Assembly (NCBI RefSeq): GCF_009834535.1
Contig: NC_045697.1
Location: 31,994,001-32,058,000 of the forward strand
DNA: 64,000 nt
Source: Camelus ferus
Lineage: Eukaryota
Direction of reading: 5' to 3'
Shown here: piece by piece, positions 1 through 14,130 of the stretch
Position numbering within the stretch: position 1 is the first letter of the stretch
Layout of the letters: every line of letters begins with the position of its first letter
Translations under genes and position numbers: made by a program
Notes under the pieces: generated by a model
Database searches by the model: none
The model's input: only the letters and a program-made list of their open reading frames with translations
What the model was told of the DNA's origin: nothing

Positions 1-9
1 AAAAGACAG

Positions 10-560
10 CCCCCATACCCCACAACACGATAACTTAAACAACAAATATTCACTGTCTTACAGTTCTATGGGTTAGTAATGCCTGCATTACAGCCCTGGC
101 TCAAGATCTTTCATATGGTTGCAACCAGACTGTCCACTGGAGCTGTGATCTCACTTGGAGGCTTGACTAGGAGACAATATGCTTCCAAGATCACTCACAT
201 GGCAGGAGTCTGTTTCTTAATGTCTGTTGGATCAATAACCTCAGTTCATCACTAGCTATAGGTTTGGCCAGAGATTTCCATTTCCATCAGGTCCACGTCA
301 CGTGGATCTCTCCACAGGGCACTCACAACATAGCAGTTGGCTTCTCTCAGAGAGAATGAATGAGTAAGAGGTCAAGAGTAAACATCCAAGATGGAAGTCT
401 TTGCCTTTTTATAACCCAATCCAAGAAGTGACACCCCATCACTTTTGCTGGATTGTATTCATTAGAAGGGAGTCACCAGGCCCCGCCCATACTCAAGGAA
501 AGGATAACACAAGAGCATGAATACCAGGAAGTAGGATCAGTGGGCGACCACCTTACAAGC
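10..560 (-). mobile_element. Old MaLR LTR (MLT1 F-J type), decayed
   Basis: Motifs such as aacttaaacaacaaatatt...cttacagttctatgggttag, gcttccaagatcactcacatggc and cagttggcttctctcagagagaatga are typical of reverse-oriented MLT1. Confidence 0.6.
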
Positions 561-814
561 TTCTTGCCACAGACTAACACGCAGATGACAATTTTAATCA
601 AGCATCCTTCTTTATATATACAATATATATACCACACACGTGTGTGTGTGTGTATACATCAATGAGTGAACAAGATATTAGGATAAAATGTTCACATATC
701 CTTGATTTAAAATGGTTTTGAATTAACTATTAGTGACTGCAATGAAAAATGTAATGATTATTTTTTTCTAATGAAGCAATCAGAAAGAAATCCACACAAA
801 TATTTTGGGGTCGA

Positions 815-955
815 ATTAATTTCCTACAGCTGCCGTTTCCTCTGGTAGCAAATCACTAAAAATTCAGTGGCTTAAAACAACATAAATTTACTACCTTACA
901 GTTTGAGAGGTTAGAAGTTCAAAATCAATCTTAGTGGGCTAAAATCAAGGTGTAA
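815..955 (-). mobile_element. MLT1 LTR fragment (3' end)
   Basis: cagtggcttaaaacaacataaatttactaccttacagtttgagaggttagaagttc...gggctaaaatcaaggtgt. Confidence 0.65.
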
Positions 956-2659
956 AAGTCGCCTACTCTTTGGCCATGCAATTTAAATGAAGAAACAAAG
1001 ACCAAATAACATCAAATTGTTTACAACTGTCCCTAATCTTCTGAAAGGAGCACATCCTGGGATTACACTTGATAAACTATTGAGAATTACTATTGGGCCT
1101 CACATGAGGACTGAACAGTAACACTGTTTACATGGAGTCTTTGACAGATTCTGCGTAAATTATGTGATTAGTCCATGGAAACTAAAACAGAAGCCACAAA
1201 GTGGAGTAAAACCAGGTGTGAGTGTGTGAATGTATGTGTGTGTGTGTGGTCTGTCTTCTGTGTCTGTGTGCACACTTACACATGCATGCAAGGGGTAAAA
1301 GAGTGATGATACTTCACAATGGATAAACTGGTTAAGAGTCAAAATCCCATGTTCTTCACACTTTAGTGTAAAATATCCTCTGTGAGATAGCACAGGATAG
1401 CACAAAGGATATTAGCTATCTAATGTGACTGAAGCACCATATTAAGCTAGGTAATGGAATTACGTATTATTGCCATGTAAAATTACATTAATTTTTATGT
1501 TGCTAATTTTTAAATTTTAATCAATTCTACTATATGACCATCACACACACTGTGGAAATCTAGCAATTACACAGAACTTGGCTTTCTTTTTCTGTTCAGA
1601 ACATGAAGGCCTTTATTTTAACATTGGGTAATATTCCCAGAAAACTCATAGCCAGTCACAAAGCCTCCTCCCCATCCCCCATTTCAGCCTGACAAAATCC
1701 TGAGACTTACATTTTAGATGTTCAAAGTCTAAAATTTTTACTAGCTCATTTTGTAATTCCCTGATGGAGCTAGGTATTTCCTCTTCAATTAAATAAAAAC
1801 TATTATAATATTTCATATTCACTTTGTAGATCAATGATAAATTTAGCATTGTCTGATAAAGGAACAAAGTTCCTAGCATATACTGTTTTGTTTCCTGAAG
1901 TATCACACTTGAATGTACTTGAATGTAGCAATTACCGTGAGCCTCAGGATCAGTCCCAGACTTTTCCATTTTATTATTCCATCATGGGGGACATCATATA
2001 GACTATCGTCAACTGTCCTCCTAGCACCCCCTTTCTTTTAATGTTCAGCAACAACATCATCAAATTAATCTGATCTGGATTCCAGTCTTTTAGCTCACTT
2101 CTACAACACAGTTAAACACACCTATCCACTTAAGACAGAGGTAAACCAATTATGAAATTTGGCCAAATGCTGAATGAGTGCATGTTAAAAATCAATATTT
2201 GCCCAAGGTTAAAAAAGACCAAAGGGAATATTTTAATTGTGTAATAAATGTATGAGACATAATCATAAATCTGATATTTTATTAAACAATTTAATTACTA
2301 ACATAATGTTATTATTAAAATGCTTTATGGTCAGATTTTTAAAGGTCAACGTTATAGTCCAGGAAGGATGATTTCTTAGCACAGAGAGTTACCACATTGC
2401 TCTTGTGATTACCCAACTTCACATCTGTGATCCTAAAGAGATCCTCACTTTGCAGTAGGAAAAAAAAAAAAAAAAAAAAACAAGATATTTAGGATATACC
2501 TCAATTTTCTCTATAACTTTGTTTTTTACTTCATACTTTTTAATAATCTCCATAATGTCTGGATTGAAGAGAATTAATCATGAATCTTATATGTAATTTG
2601 GAAGGTTTCCCTCCTTGTGAAATATTGGAAGTGCAAAGTTGATATTCTATGTTATTCTT

Positions 2660-2703
2660 CCTTAAAAGGTGTAAAGATTTTCCTTAAAAGGTGTAAAGAT
2701 TTT
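2660..2703. repeat. Perfect 22-bp tandem duplication
   Basis: CCTTAAAAGGTGTAAAGATTTT x2 (2660-2681, 2682-2703). Confidence 0.95.
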
Positions 2704-3084
2704 CTTCCTTCACATTTAATTTTTAAAAATTAGAATTATGAAATCACAAATCTCTAAATTCTGCCTTTTACTGTTATTAAAATTATATAAACATTTGTAG
2801 ATTCAAAAACAATATAATGTCTTCCTAAGCTATCTAATTAGTGCAATTACTCCTAATATACTTATTAGATTTCAATGTACTTCCAAATTTATTTGGACAT
2901 TTTAAATACATATTTTTGTTAATAAAATTAGAAGCCTTCACAATTATGCCTTATTGTAGCATTTTTTGCTTACACTAACAACATACACTTATACTTCAAA
3001 GTATAAATCACATGAGACTTTTCACTCAGCATTACCTCTAAAATGTTTACTTGTTTTTAAAAATGAATATTCATCCACAAAAAA

Positions 3085-5400
3085 ACCTTAGAATGAATAA
3101 TGATTTCAGCAATGTTGCATGATACAAAATCAACACTCAAAAATCAATTGTATTTCTACATACTAGCAATGAATACGCTGATAAAGAAATTAAGAAAACA
3201 AATCAATTTACAGTAAGACCAAAAAGAATAAAATACTTAGCAATAAATTTAACCAAGTAGGCAAAAGATTTGTACACTGAAAACTATAGAACACTGAAAG
3301 AAATTAAAGAAGACACAAATAAATGCAAATATATTATGTGTTTATGTTTGGAAGACTTAATATTATTAAGACATCAATACTATCCAAAGTGATCTACAGA
3401 TTTAATGCAATCTTTATCAAAATATTGATGTCATTTTTGGTAGAAATAGAAAAATCCATCTTAAACTCATATGGAATCTTAAGAAAACCTGAATAGCCAA
3501 AACAGTTTTGAAAAAGAACAAATTTGGAACTCTCATTTTCTAATTTTAAAACTTATTCCATAGCTACAGTAATCAAAACAGTGTAGTACTGGCATAAAAA
3601 CAGACATACAGACCAATGGAATATAATAGAGAGCTCAGAAATAAACCCATATGGTCAAACGCTTTTTGACAAGTGTGCCAAGATTATTCAATGGAGAAAG
3701 GCCAGTCTTTCTAACAAATAGTGTTGAGGAAACTATGTATCTATATACAAAAGAATAAAGAAAACTGGATATCCACAGCCATATGCAAAAAAATGAATGA
3801 AGAATGCAAGAATGAGAATAAAGTTGGACCCTTTCCCTACATTATATACAAAGATTAACTCATAATTGATCAAAGACCTAAAACTATAAAACTCTTAGAG
3901 GAAAACACAGGAGAAAAGCTTAATGACATTGGATTTGACAATGATTTCTTGAATATGACCCCAAAATCACAGGCAACAACAACAATTGGATAAGCTGGAC
4001 TACATCAAAATCTAAAACTTCTGTGCATCAAGAGATACAGTCAACAGAATGAAAAAGAAATCCACAGAATGGGAGAAAATATTTACATATCACACATCTA
4101 ATAAGGGATTAATATCCAGAATATATAAAGAACTCCAATAACTCAACAACAACAACAACAACAACCAACCTGATTAAAATGGGCAAAGGACTTGAAAAGA
4201 CATTTCTACCAAGAAGATATACAAGTGGCCAACAAGCACAATAAAAAATGCTCAATATCTGTAATCACTAGAGAAATGCAAATCAAAACTACAATAAGAT
4301 ACTATGTCATGCCCATTAGGATGGCTACTATGTTAAAAATATATATAAAAACAGAAAACAGAAAATAACAGCCACTGGCAAGGATGTGGGGAAACTGGAA
4401 CCCTGTGTATTGTTTGATAAAAATCTAAAACGATGCAATTGGCTATGGAAAACAATATGAGAGTTTGTCAAAAAATTAAAAACAGAATTACCATATGATT
4501 CAGCAATTCCACTTCTGGGTGTGCATCCAAAAGAACTGAAAGTAGTGAGTGTCTCAAAGAGATATTCTTACACCCATATTCATAGCAGCATTATTAACAA
4601 TAGCTAAAATGTGAAGCAACCCAACCGTCCATCCACAGAAGAATGGAGAAATAAAAATGTGGTATATACATACAATGAAATATAATTAAACCTAAAAAAG
4701 GGAAGAAACTCTGACACATGCTACAATATGGATGAAACTTGAGGGCATTATGCTAAGTGAAATAAGCCATTCAAAAAGAAAAAGGGAAAAAAAGGACAAA
4801 TATTACATGATTCCATTTACATGAGGTACCTAAAGTAATCAAATTCTTTGAGACAAAAGTAGAATGGTAGTTGCCAGAGGCCGGGGAAGAGGGATAAGGA
4901 ACTGTTTATTGAGTATAGAGTTTCAGTTTTGCAATGAAAACAGTCCTGCAGATTGGTTGCTGCTATGATCTGAAATTCCTATGTTGAAACCTGATACTCA
5001 ATTTGAAGGTATTAGGAGGTAGGACCTTTGGGAGGTATAAGTAGGTCATAAGGGTGGAGCCCTCATGAGAGGATTAATGCCCTTCTAAAAGAGGAGTAAG
5101 AGGACTCCACACCACGTGAGCACAAGGGCACAGTCCAAGAACCAGAAGTGGGTCTTAATCAAACTTTGAATCTCCCTCTAGCTTGATCTTTTACTTTACA
5201 GCCTCCAGAACTGTGAGAAATAAATTTCTGTCGTTTATAAGCTACTCAGTCTATGATAGTCTGTGATAGCCGCCCAAACAGACCAAAACAGTTGTGCAAC
5301 AATGTGAGTGCACTTAACACTACTGAGCTGCACACAGTGACTGAGACGGCAAGTTGTATGTTACATGTCTTTTACTACAATTAAAAAATTCAAAAACAAT
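3085..5400 (+). mobile_element. 5'-truncated LINE-1 (L1MA/L1MB-like): decayed ORF2 3' part and 3' UTR, interrupted by an MLT1A LTR at 4961-5290
   Basis: L1 motifs gatacaaaatcaac, atctacagatttaatgcaatc, aaagctacagtaatcaaaacagtg-like, gaaatgcaaatcaaaactacaat, cagcaattccacttctggg; the 3' UTR resumes after 5290 and ends in an A-rich tail. Confidence 0.92.
4961..5290 (+). mobile_element. MLT1A-like solo LTR inserted in the L1 3' UTR
   Basis: Starts TGCTATG, ends ...aaaaCA; contains cagcctccagaactgtgagaaataaatttctg; 5-bp TSD GTTGC (4956-4960)/GTTGT (5291-5295). Confidence 0.88.
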
Positions 5401-7387
5401 AAACATATCTTCAGATTTTCAGAATCAAAACAAATGTCATACTTTGTATTCCTATTGCATCGATTAGACGTACCACCATATGATGGCCTTCCACACGATC
5501 ACACAAGTTCAGGGTTGCCAGAAATGACAGAGATGGCAGTCAGCAAACCAAGCTTCCTGAGCCTGATGCTAAAGCCAAACAGCAGGTGTAGCCTAAATTT
5601 CAAGGCTGTGCCAAATCTCAGTACAAGCTGAAAAGAAGACTCTTACAGAGTCTTGCCAATTTTGAAAATTTTAGAAACTCTGGCAGACAGGTGGAGAACA
5701 AATTTTTGGTGAAGCAGCCAAAACCCTCAACCCAGATAGATCTTGCTATTTAGGCTAATGATCATTCTATTAACTCAGAGAAGTAGACCCATAGGTTTTC
5801 ACTATCCCTAAAACTTAAATAGGCCTCTTCCTTTTTTTTCAGTTGCTGCTGAGAAAGTACATTAAGGTTTTATGGAAGAAAAGAGAGTTGGTCCTCTGAG
5901 TGGGTGCATCACGTGGCCCTTTCCTATCGTGGCAGTGTTCTAGAAGCCTCCTACAGTGATGTACATGGCCTTCTGCAAAACAAGTCATTAAATATATATT
6001 AAATAACATTTACTGACCATAGCCTGTGAATCCTAAAAGAAACACAAGTTGAGCTTCTGGGTTGGGATTTTAATCTCACAGTTTCAACTACTGCTGAGTC
6101 AGATCAGGCAGAACATTACAGTCAGATTTTAGTTAAATGTTTTGAGTGTGCTTGGAAAGGACTCTGAATTGCTCCAAACCACTTTGGTTCCCCCTGCCAA
6201 TATTCATGAGCATCCAAAGGTCAGAGGCTGTTTCACTCACATAAAGTACCATGAGAAAAGATGCTTACTAAGTATTTCTCATCAAGTTGCTGATGAAAAA
6301 CTTCTGGAGCTAAGAATAGCCAGGTGAGATAATCCTGAATGGTGTATGTGACTTCCCCTCCGGGCTAAATGAGGAAAAGTATAAAATGGTGAGATTTGGC
6401 TTTCTGGCAGAGAATGGTCTCAATTCATCATAATTTATTCCTTGAACATTGCAATATAAAGTTTATTATAAACTATAGCTCTGTACAGCTGAAAAACATC
6501 TATTTTTACTAGACACCAAAAATATCGCCAAATGATATTCATGAGATAAGCCTAAATATATCAAATTGTCAGAACAGATAAGGACAAAGAAGCACTTTCC
6601 TCCAAGCCTACAAAGTAAGAATACTGATCACTGCCATGTCATAGTTGGGAAAAGTGCTGACACTGAATCCCAATTCCTGCTGGAAACAGTTACGCCACAA
6701 AATGTGGGAAAGATGCAATATTGTGACAACAGCGGAGTTGTACTCCCTCCTTATTTAAGCATTGATTGTAATGAGCATAGTTCTGTGGCCTTAAATGAGT
6801 ATGGTATTTTTAGAAGTATTATAACAGCAAACTGCAGCTTGGCTGGCTCTTCAAAAGGAGGATCAGGTAAAGGAGACAGGGTAGGGTCAAAAACAAAGGT
6901 TATGCTGTCTTCCTAAAGTTATAAAGTTCAAAGAAGAATACAAATTTGGTCTTGCAAATCGTATAATCCTTACAAATTAGCGTCAAAAAAAAAGTCTAAA
7001 ACTACATTACAGTTATTCCCACACCAGGGAGGCTAAAAATAGGTGGTTAAACAAAAAATTAGGAAATAAGAAATTAAAAGTATGACAATAACGTTAATAA
7101 ATGTACTATCTTTTCAAAACAGAGTAGCTACTGATGGTCACTCAAAAAAATACATGAAAAAAGGCCTATTAAGAAACTTAAATTTTTTAAGAATCAGTCA
7201 TAAAATTCAAACGAGCATTCTTAGAAAACTACTATGCATGAACAATAATGTTTCTGGATAGTAACTGTCAGAATAGTAAAGTATCTTATGAATCATTAAT
7301 GTAAAAGTATTTAGTGGTATTTAGTATGCCAGTGTTAATTATATTTACAGCTCTCCAATTACTTTGAATTTGATCGTCTGTGTAACA

Positions 7388-7440
7388 CTTTTTTTTAATA
7401 TTTTTATTGAAGTATAGTCAGTTTACAATGTTGTGTCACA
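7388..7440 (-). mobile_element. Very short L1 3'-end fragment with polyA tail
   Basis: ttttttttaatatttttattgaagtatagtcagtttacaatgttgtgtca is the reverse of an L1 3' terminus. Confidence 0.65.
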
Positions 7441-8999
7441 TGGTTTTGATCAATGATAATACAGAGTTCAAGAGAACATAATATTTCCCGATCTTTTGAT
7501 GTGTTTAGTTTATTGTCACTACTTTCCTTTCTGTTAAGTCATTAGAAAGTATCAAAAGTAATTATTTATTTCAAAATATGGAGCATTCACGCTAACACAT
7601 AAGTATAAGGAGCTAATTCAAATGAATCAGAAGAATCTACTGATTGTCCAACAGCAGGGCAAGGACTAGGAGTTTTCACACGCATCACCTCATTCAGCTG
7701 AGGATAAGTGCACGATGCCCTTCAATGCAGGCAAAGAAAGAGAGGTTCAGAAAGATCAAATAATGAGTCCAACGTCACAATTCACAGCAGTGGTATTTGA
7801 GAACTTGTCTTCTTTGAGCTTCCAAATTCCATGATCCTAGTGTAAAAATCATAATGCGTCTCAAAGAAAACTTACACTCAGAAAGGAAAAAAAAAAAATC
7901 CTGTTTTATTTTTTAAGTACCCCAAGAGAAAGCCAATGTCTGTGCAATATGTATTCCCATATTGTTGTATTTAATGTCACAAAAAAAACCATGATGTAGT
8001 GATTATCATTCCTATTTTAAATGTAATTCCTCAAGATTAAATCCCAGCTTCCAACTCAAGTCAGTCTGACAATATAAAACCACATGGAGCTCAAATCAGT
8101 AACTGAAGCTCACACCTTGATGTGGTGCGGGCATGGTGTGGACAAATGACACATTCCCTCTGCAGGCTTCTGACTACAACCCCAAACCAAACCAAAGTCT
8201 CAAAAACAAAGACAAGAGAACCTTAGTCTGAATCAGTGAAGAAAGAGATACTGCATCAACTAGGTGATGTTTACCTGGTTGAAAATAATGGAAAATCTTC
8301 CTTACAGTGACCAACGTTTCCTCATATCAATAAGGCATTTAGGTTCCAAGGCAGGCCTTGGCGCAGTGACTCAATCATGTCAAGGCTCAGCTCTGTGGTT
8401 ATCCAGGCTCTTCTTTCATGTATGGTCCTTCACGCTCTAAGGGGGCTGCTCAGGTCTCAGGCATCATAGGTGTGCTTATGGCAAGAAGAGGGAGAAAGGA
8501 GCAATGTCACCCCTTGGTTTTCCCCTTGTAATGAGAAAGCAAAGCTTTCCTGGGCACATTCCTAGAGGATCTCCTCCTATGTCTCGTAGGCAGAACTGTG
8601 AGAGTTTTCCAACCCTACCAGCAACAAAGGTGCGGAAAGAGAGTGTTCAGCTTTCCAGACTCTATAGAAAAGACAGGAAAAGGAGTAGGAAGAGGGAAAG
8701 GGCTGCTGTGTGATCTAACTACAGTGTTTGCCTCAAGAACCACAAGGGAGGTTTTTTAAATGCTTCAGTTTAAAGAGATACTCGCCATTTTGTTTATCCC
8801 CAAAACCGGTTCTCAAAAATCTAAAACAACCTCATCAACTTTTATTTTTATGGATCTGCTCATAGCATGAAACTTTTGAAGAAACAAAACAAACAGAAAG
8901 AATGATTGGCTCAACACCTAAGAAAAAAAAAATCAATCTGTGTTTGCCCTAACCTACTGGGGAAAAATCTATGGCAGAGTCCGCCACTTGCGTACGCTG

Positions 9000-9430
9000 T
9001 AACTTCTCTCCACGTCTTCCTCACTAAGAGAATCACCTTCCTTAGCAGCAGGAGTGCCTTCAGGACACGTTTCAAATCCATGCAGTGGAAACTGTTGGAA
9101 GGAGTTTTAAGAAAGCTCCTCAAAAGAAAGGAACCAATCAGCTGATATGTCCCATTCTGCCCTTTTTCTTCCTTTTACTTATAGTTTGAAATACAAGCCT
9201 GCTGGCTGAACTCTAGCAGACAATTTGCAAGCTTGAGAAGTAAATCCTCTAAGGAGAGAGGATTAGAAAGCTAGGAAGGGTCTGAATTCTGCAGACGGTA
9301 CAGGGGCTCCATAACACTCATAGGCTGCCTCCATCTAGACCCTTTCACACAAATGAAAAATAACCCCTGAATTTGTTTAAGCAATAGTTTTTCAAGTTAT
9401 GTTACCCAAAGTATGAACTGCTATTAACTG
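9000..9430 (+). mobile_element. Old MaLR LTR remnant (MLT1J/K-like)
   Basis: 3' motif aaataacccctgaatttgtttaagc...gttatgttac and internal ctgctggctgaactctagcag; highly diverged. Confidence 0.4.
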
Positions 9431-10704
9431 GACATAAAATAAAGAGAGCATAATAAATCTAAACGAATCAGTTTACATAATAATGAGAACCACAAAAATA
9501 TCAAGAACCAATAGTGCTTCTATAGATCCCATGGCAATTAGTGAAACTATCTTTTATTAATTGACAAGTATCTTGACCATAAGAAGCAAATAAAGTCTAT
9601 TTTCCTAATATTTATATACACACATTTAAATAATTATACGTATATTTATGCACATTCATATATACGCATATAGAAAGTTTATTTATATATGCATGTGTGC
9701 ATGGTGTATACACTCACACATACACATATAAACATAATATATATACACAGACTACAACAATCAGTTGATAAATAGGAACTTATGCTCATGGCTCAAAATG
9801 AAGTTAATTCAAGTCTTATATAAAGAGATGACTAGAATGTCACCTGCATATTATTGGTAATAGTATTTTCTGGGTGGTTACATTTTAATAACTTTTAAAA
9901 ATGTTTATTCTTGAATGTTTCTGTATTGCTTACCTATTTTTTAAATAATGAGTTTGTATCTTTTTCTTACAAAAAGAATGAAATCATTCTTTAGAAAAAA
10001 GAAGTTAGGATTTATTGTTGGTAATGTGTTAAAACTAAATTATACTGCAAATGTTTTTACTATGTGAGAAAACATTATAAGAATTTCGAACTGTTCTTTC
10101 AAGCACAGTTCTTTGCAATTATGGTATCTAACAAATAGAATTAATTTATCTGCAATTACAAAGCAGATGTAGCATAATGAATTACAGTTAAATCTATGTT
10201 TTAAAAAAAACCTAAATATCCTTTTTGCTTAGATGTATATTTTAATACAAAGGATTCATTTTGCAGTCTGTTCCTATAGGAAAATCAGTTAGAAAACTGA
10301 AATATTTATTCTTGATTTCAAACAATAAAACTCAGAAATGTATTTTACTTTAAAAGACAATCATAAGAAAATCTTTAAAATGACATATGTCAGGTAAGTA
10401 ACTAGAATTTATATAGCTTTATGCCTTCAGAGGTCAAAGTCCTTTATCTGTTTTCCTTAATGCCTAAAAGTTATTCCTGAGAAGTTAAGTTTAAAAATTC
10501 AACTATTTCAGTCCCTTAAATCAGAAATGCAAGAAAATGGTACACACTTGTCTGAATTAATGTGTCCTCTTTGCTACCTTTGGTTCTGAAAGGATTAGAT
10601 TCTTTATGTCACATCTCCTCAGAAATAAAAGAGCAAAACTGAAGCATAAACATGAAAGATGAAGAACAAAGAGAGGTGACTTATCATAAGTCACACAATG
10701 GTAA

Positions 10705-11210
10705 CTGATTTATTCATTAAGCATCCACTGTGTATCAACTATATTCTAGCTGTTGAGGACACAAAGTTGATGAAGGGGATACCTGAAGGTATTTGGCTTA
10801 ATAGCTGTTATAACAGCCATTCAATTCTATCATCTTAGGTCATTTATGTCTATCACAGAATTAAAGACCCAGAACAAACTCTAGAGGACATCTAGTACAA
10901 GCTTATTTTACAGCTGACTTCACTAGGCAGGAAGAAGGCAGACCTCTTCTCTATAAGGTAGTCATGTGAAATGACACCTGAAGAAAGAGCCAAGCATGTG
11001 AAGACTGCGGTGCAGCATTTACTAAGCACACGGCAGGAAAGAACACACATGGTTCTTGAAACTGAGGGAAGGCCAGAGTGACGGAAGGATATTGATGCCA
11101 AAGAAGAGAAACATGAGTTGACGTTAGAAACTAAGCCAGGATCAGAACATGCAGATTCCTGGGCGCTATGGTAAACAGGTGGGATTTAGTTTCAAGTCAA
11201 TAAACAAATG
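10705..11210. mobile_element. L2 fragments
   Basis: tttattcattaagcatccactgtgtatcaactatattctagctgttgaggacacaaag and ggatcagaacatgcag...ctatggtaaacaggtgggatttagtttcaag are L2-like. Confidence 0.5.
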
Positions 11211-11744
11211 AGAGAAGAGATTTGATAAAACCTTCAAGAATGCCTTCATACCTTTGGTATAGAGGAGAAGGAAAAGGAACCAGCAATTCTGGGCACTATG
11301 AAGATACCAACACAGAACTATGTCACAGAAGCCAAAGATGGAGAGAGTTTTGGGGAGGGTGGGGGGAACTGATCAATACCACCAAACATTACAGGCACAT
11401 CATGGAAGTTATTTCATTTCTCTATTAGATGAGAACAATTTCAATAAAACACTGAAAAGGAAGAAGCCAGATTGTGGTAGAGTTAAAAATAATTCCTTAG
11501 TGAAATAATTCAGACAACTGGATTTTGCAAGTGAAGGGAATAAGAGAAGCATCAGTGAAGAGAGACCACTCAGATGGAAGTAATAATGAAAAAATTTTGT
11601 TTGAATGTGGAAATTTTACTTTGGATGCAGGGAGAGGTAAAAGAGCCAGTGAAATAGGGAGAGACTGAGGATGTGAGCAAGATGGTAGAAAAGGCAGAAA
11701 GGGATGGACTCTGGAAAAAGAAATAAAAAAGAAAAGACCAGTGA

Positions 11745-12038
11745 GACCAAGAGCTGGTTTGTTGAAAAGAAAAACAAAACTGATCAACCTTTAGCCAGGA
11801 TCATAATGAAGAAAAAAGAACCCACTAGACAAAATAAAAAAACAAAGAAGAAAAATAACAACTGATACAAGAAAGGTACAAAAAATCCTAAGAGAAAAAT
11901 ACTAGAAATAGTTCTATGCCAACAAATTGGACAATATAGAAGAAATGACAAATTTCTAGAAACATGCAACACACCAAGACTGAATCAGGGAGAAAGAGAC
12001 AATTTGAACAAACCAATCACTAGAAGTGAAATTGAATT

Positions 12039-12077
<39 letters not shown>

Positions 12078-13540
12078 TCCAACAAACAAAAATCTAGGAC
12101 CAGACAGCTTCACAGGGAAGTTCTACCAAAAATATAAAGAGCAAATACCCATGCACCTATGGTCAATTAATCTATGACAAAAGAGGCAAGAATACACAAT
12201 GGAGAAAAGACAGTCTCTTCAATCAGTGGTGCTGGGAAAATTGGACAGCCACACATAAAAGAATGAGATTAGAACATTTCCTCACACTATGTACAAAAAT
12301 AAACTCAAAATGGTTTAAAGACCTAAATGTAAGACCTGAAACCATAAAACTCTAAGAAGAGAACATAGGCAGAACACTTTCATATAAATCATAGCAATAT
12401 TTTTTTTTTGATCTGTCTCCTAGGGCAAAAGAAATAAAAGAAAAATAAACAAATGGGACCTAATTAAACTTAAAAGCTTTTTGCACAACAAAGGAAACCA
12501 TCAGCATAATGAAAGGACAACCTATGCAACTGGGAAAAAATATTTTCAAATGATATGCTCAACAAGGGCTTAATATTGAAAATAGATAAACAGCTCATAC
12601 AACTCGATATTAAAAAAAAAAAAACACTGAATAGAAATAGGACAGAAGACCTGAATAGATATTTTCCAAAGAAGACATGCAGATGACTAACAGGCACATG
12701 AAAAGATGCTCAACATCACTAATTCTTAGAGAAATGCAAATAAAAAACCACAATGATATATCACCTCACACCTGTCAAAATACTTATCATCACAAAGGCC
12801 ACAAATAACAAATGCTAGCGAGGATGTGGATAAAAGGCAACCCTGGTACACTGTTAGCGGGACTGTAAATTAGAGCAACCAGTATGGAAAACAGTATGGA
12901 CGTTACTCAAAAAATTAAAAATAGAACTACCATATGTTTCCACTGCTGGGTATGTATCCAGAAAAAAACAAAAGCACTAATTCAAAAAGATACATGTCCT
13001 CCAGTGTTCATGGAAGCACTATTTATGATAGCCAAGATATGGAAGCAACACACCAGACAAATGGCTGAAGAAGAGATATATATATACACACAATGGAAAG
13101 TTAGCCATAAAAAAGAATGAAATTCTGCCATTTGCAGCGATGTTGATGGACCTTGAGAACATTATGTTTAGAGAAATAAGTCAGGCAGAGAAAGACAAAT
13201 TCTGTATGATATCACTTATATGTAGAATCTGAAAAATAAAGCAAATAAACGCACATAGGAAAACAGAGACAGACTCACAGATATAGAATACAAATTAGTG
13301 GTTACCATGGGGGAAAGGGAAAGGGAGGGAACAAACAGCAGTTGGGGATTAAGAGATACAAACTACTATGTGTAAAATAGGTAACAAATAAGAATGTACT
13401 GTACAACACAGGGAATTATAGCCATTATTTTGTAATAAATTCAAATGGAGTATAATCTATAAAAATACTGAAGCACCCTGCTGCACATCTGAACTAATAT
13501 AACATTGTACATCAACTATACTTCAAAAATAAAGAAAAAG
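11745..13540 (+). mobile_element. LINE-1 (cetartiodactyl-type 3' UTR): an early ORF2 piece joined to late ORF2 + 3' UTR across an internal deletion near 12148
   Basis: aagagctggtttgttgaaaag...gaagaaatgacaaatttctagaa...ggaccagacagcttcacagggaagttctacc, then directly cacctatggtcaattaatctatgac...; ends catcaactatacttcaaaaataaagaaaaag. Confidence 0.92.
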
Positions 13541-13929
13541 AAGTAGCTCTTTCAACACCTTTAATTCTGCAAGCTCAATCAATCTCAAGGGAATTCACTA
13601 CATGGCTATTTTATTTTGGTTCAATGGATAAACCTCATGATTTTGCTTTGATCGTGAGTTTCTTAAGATGCAGTTTGGTATGATAAATAAATGCTGTAGG
13701 CTCCTGGTGCTGAGGGCTTTCAAACAAGACTTTACAATTTATACTTTCAGTACTTTTCCTCTAATCACCATATCAGAAGCATGAATCCTTCAGAACTCTC
13801 TGGAATGACTGAAGTTTTCTTTTCTTCTTCTTTTTTTTTTTTTTTTCCTTCAGTGTGTTTCTCTGGTGTGCAGATTCCTGCAGCCTTCACGGACTCACTG
13901 CCAAAGGAAGGGCAGTCAAGGTCAAAGGT

Positions 13930-14130
13930 TGGGCATTTGGGCTTTCAAGTCAGACACCTGTGGGTTTAAGCCACGTTTATGCAAGTGACTTCAGCTCTCT
14001 GAGCCTTGGTCTCCTCATCTATAAAATGAGAAGGAAATGTTGCGTATATTGCAGTTGTTTTCAAGAGTAAATGAGTTAGTACACATACAATGTTTCACAC
14101 AGGACAGAGTGCCTACTAAATCTTAACCAA
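13930..14130 (+). mobile_element. MIR SINE
   Basis: MIR core gcaagtgacttcagctctctgagccttggtctcctcatctataaaatgag. Confidence 0.8.

Noticed and set aside
12470..13120. ORFs with L1 ORF2-like peptides
   Set aside because: Fragments of a frameshifted, truncated L1; not an active element or a host gene.
13695..13715. Half match to REST/NRSE (TCAGCACCA on minus)
   Set aside because: The right half GGACAG is absent at canonical spacing.
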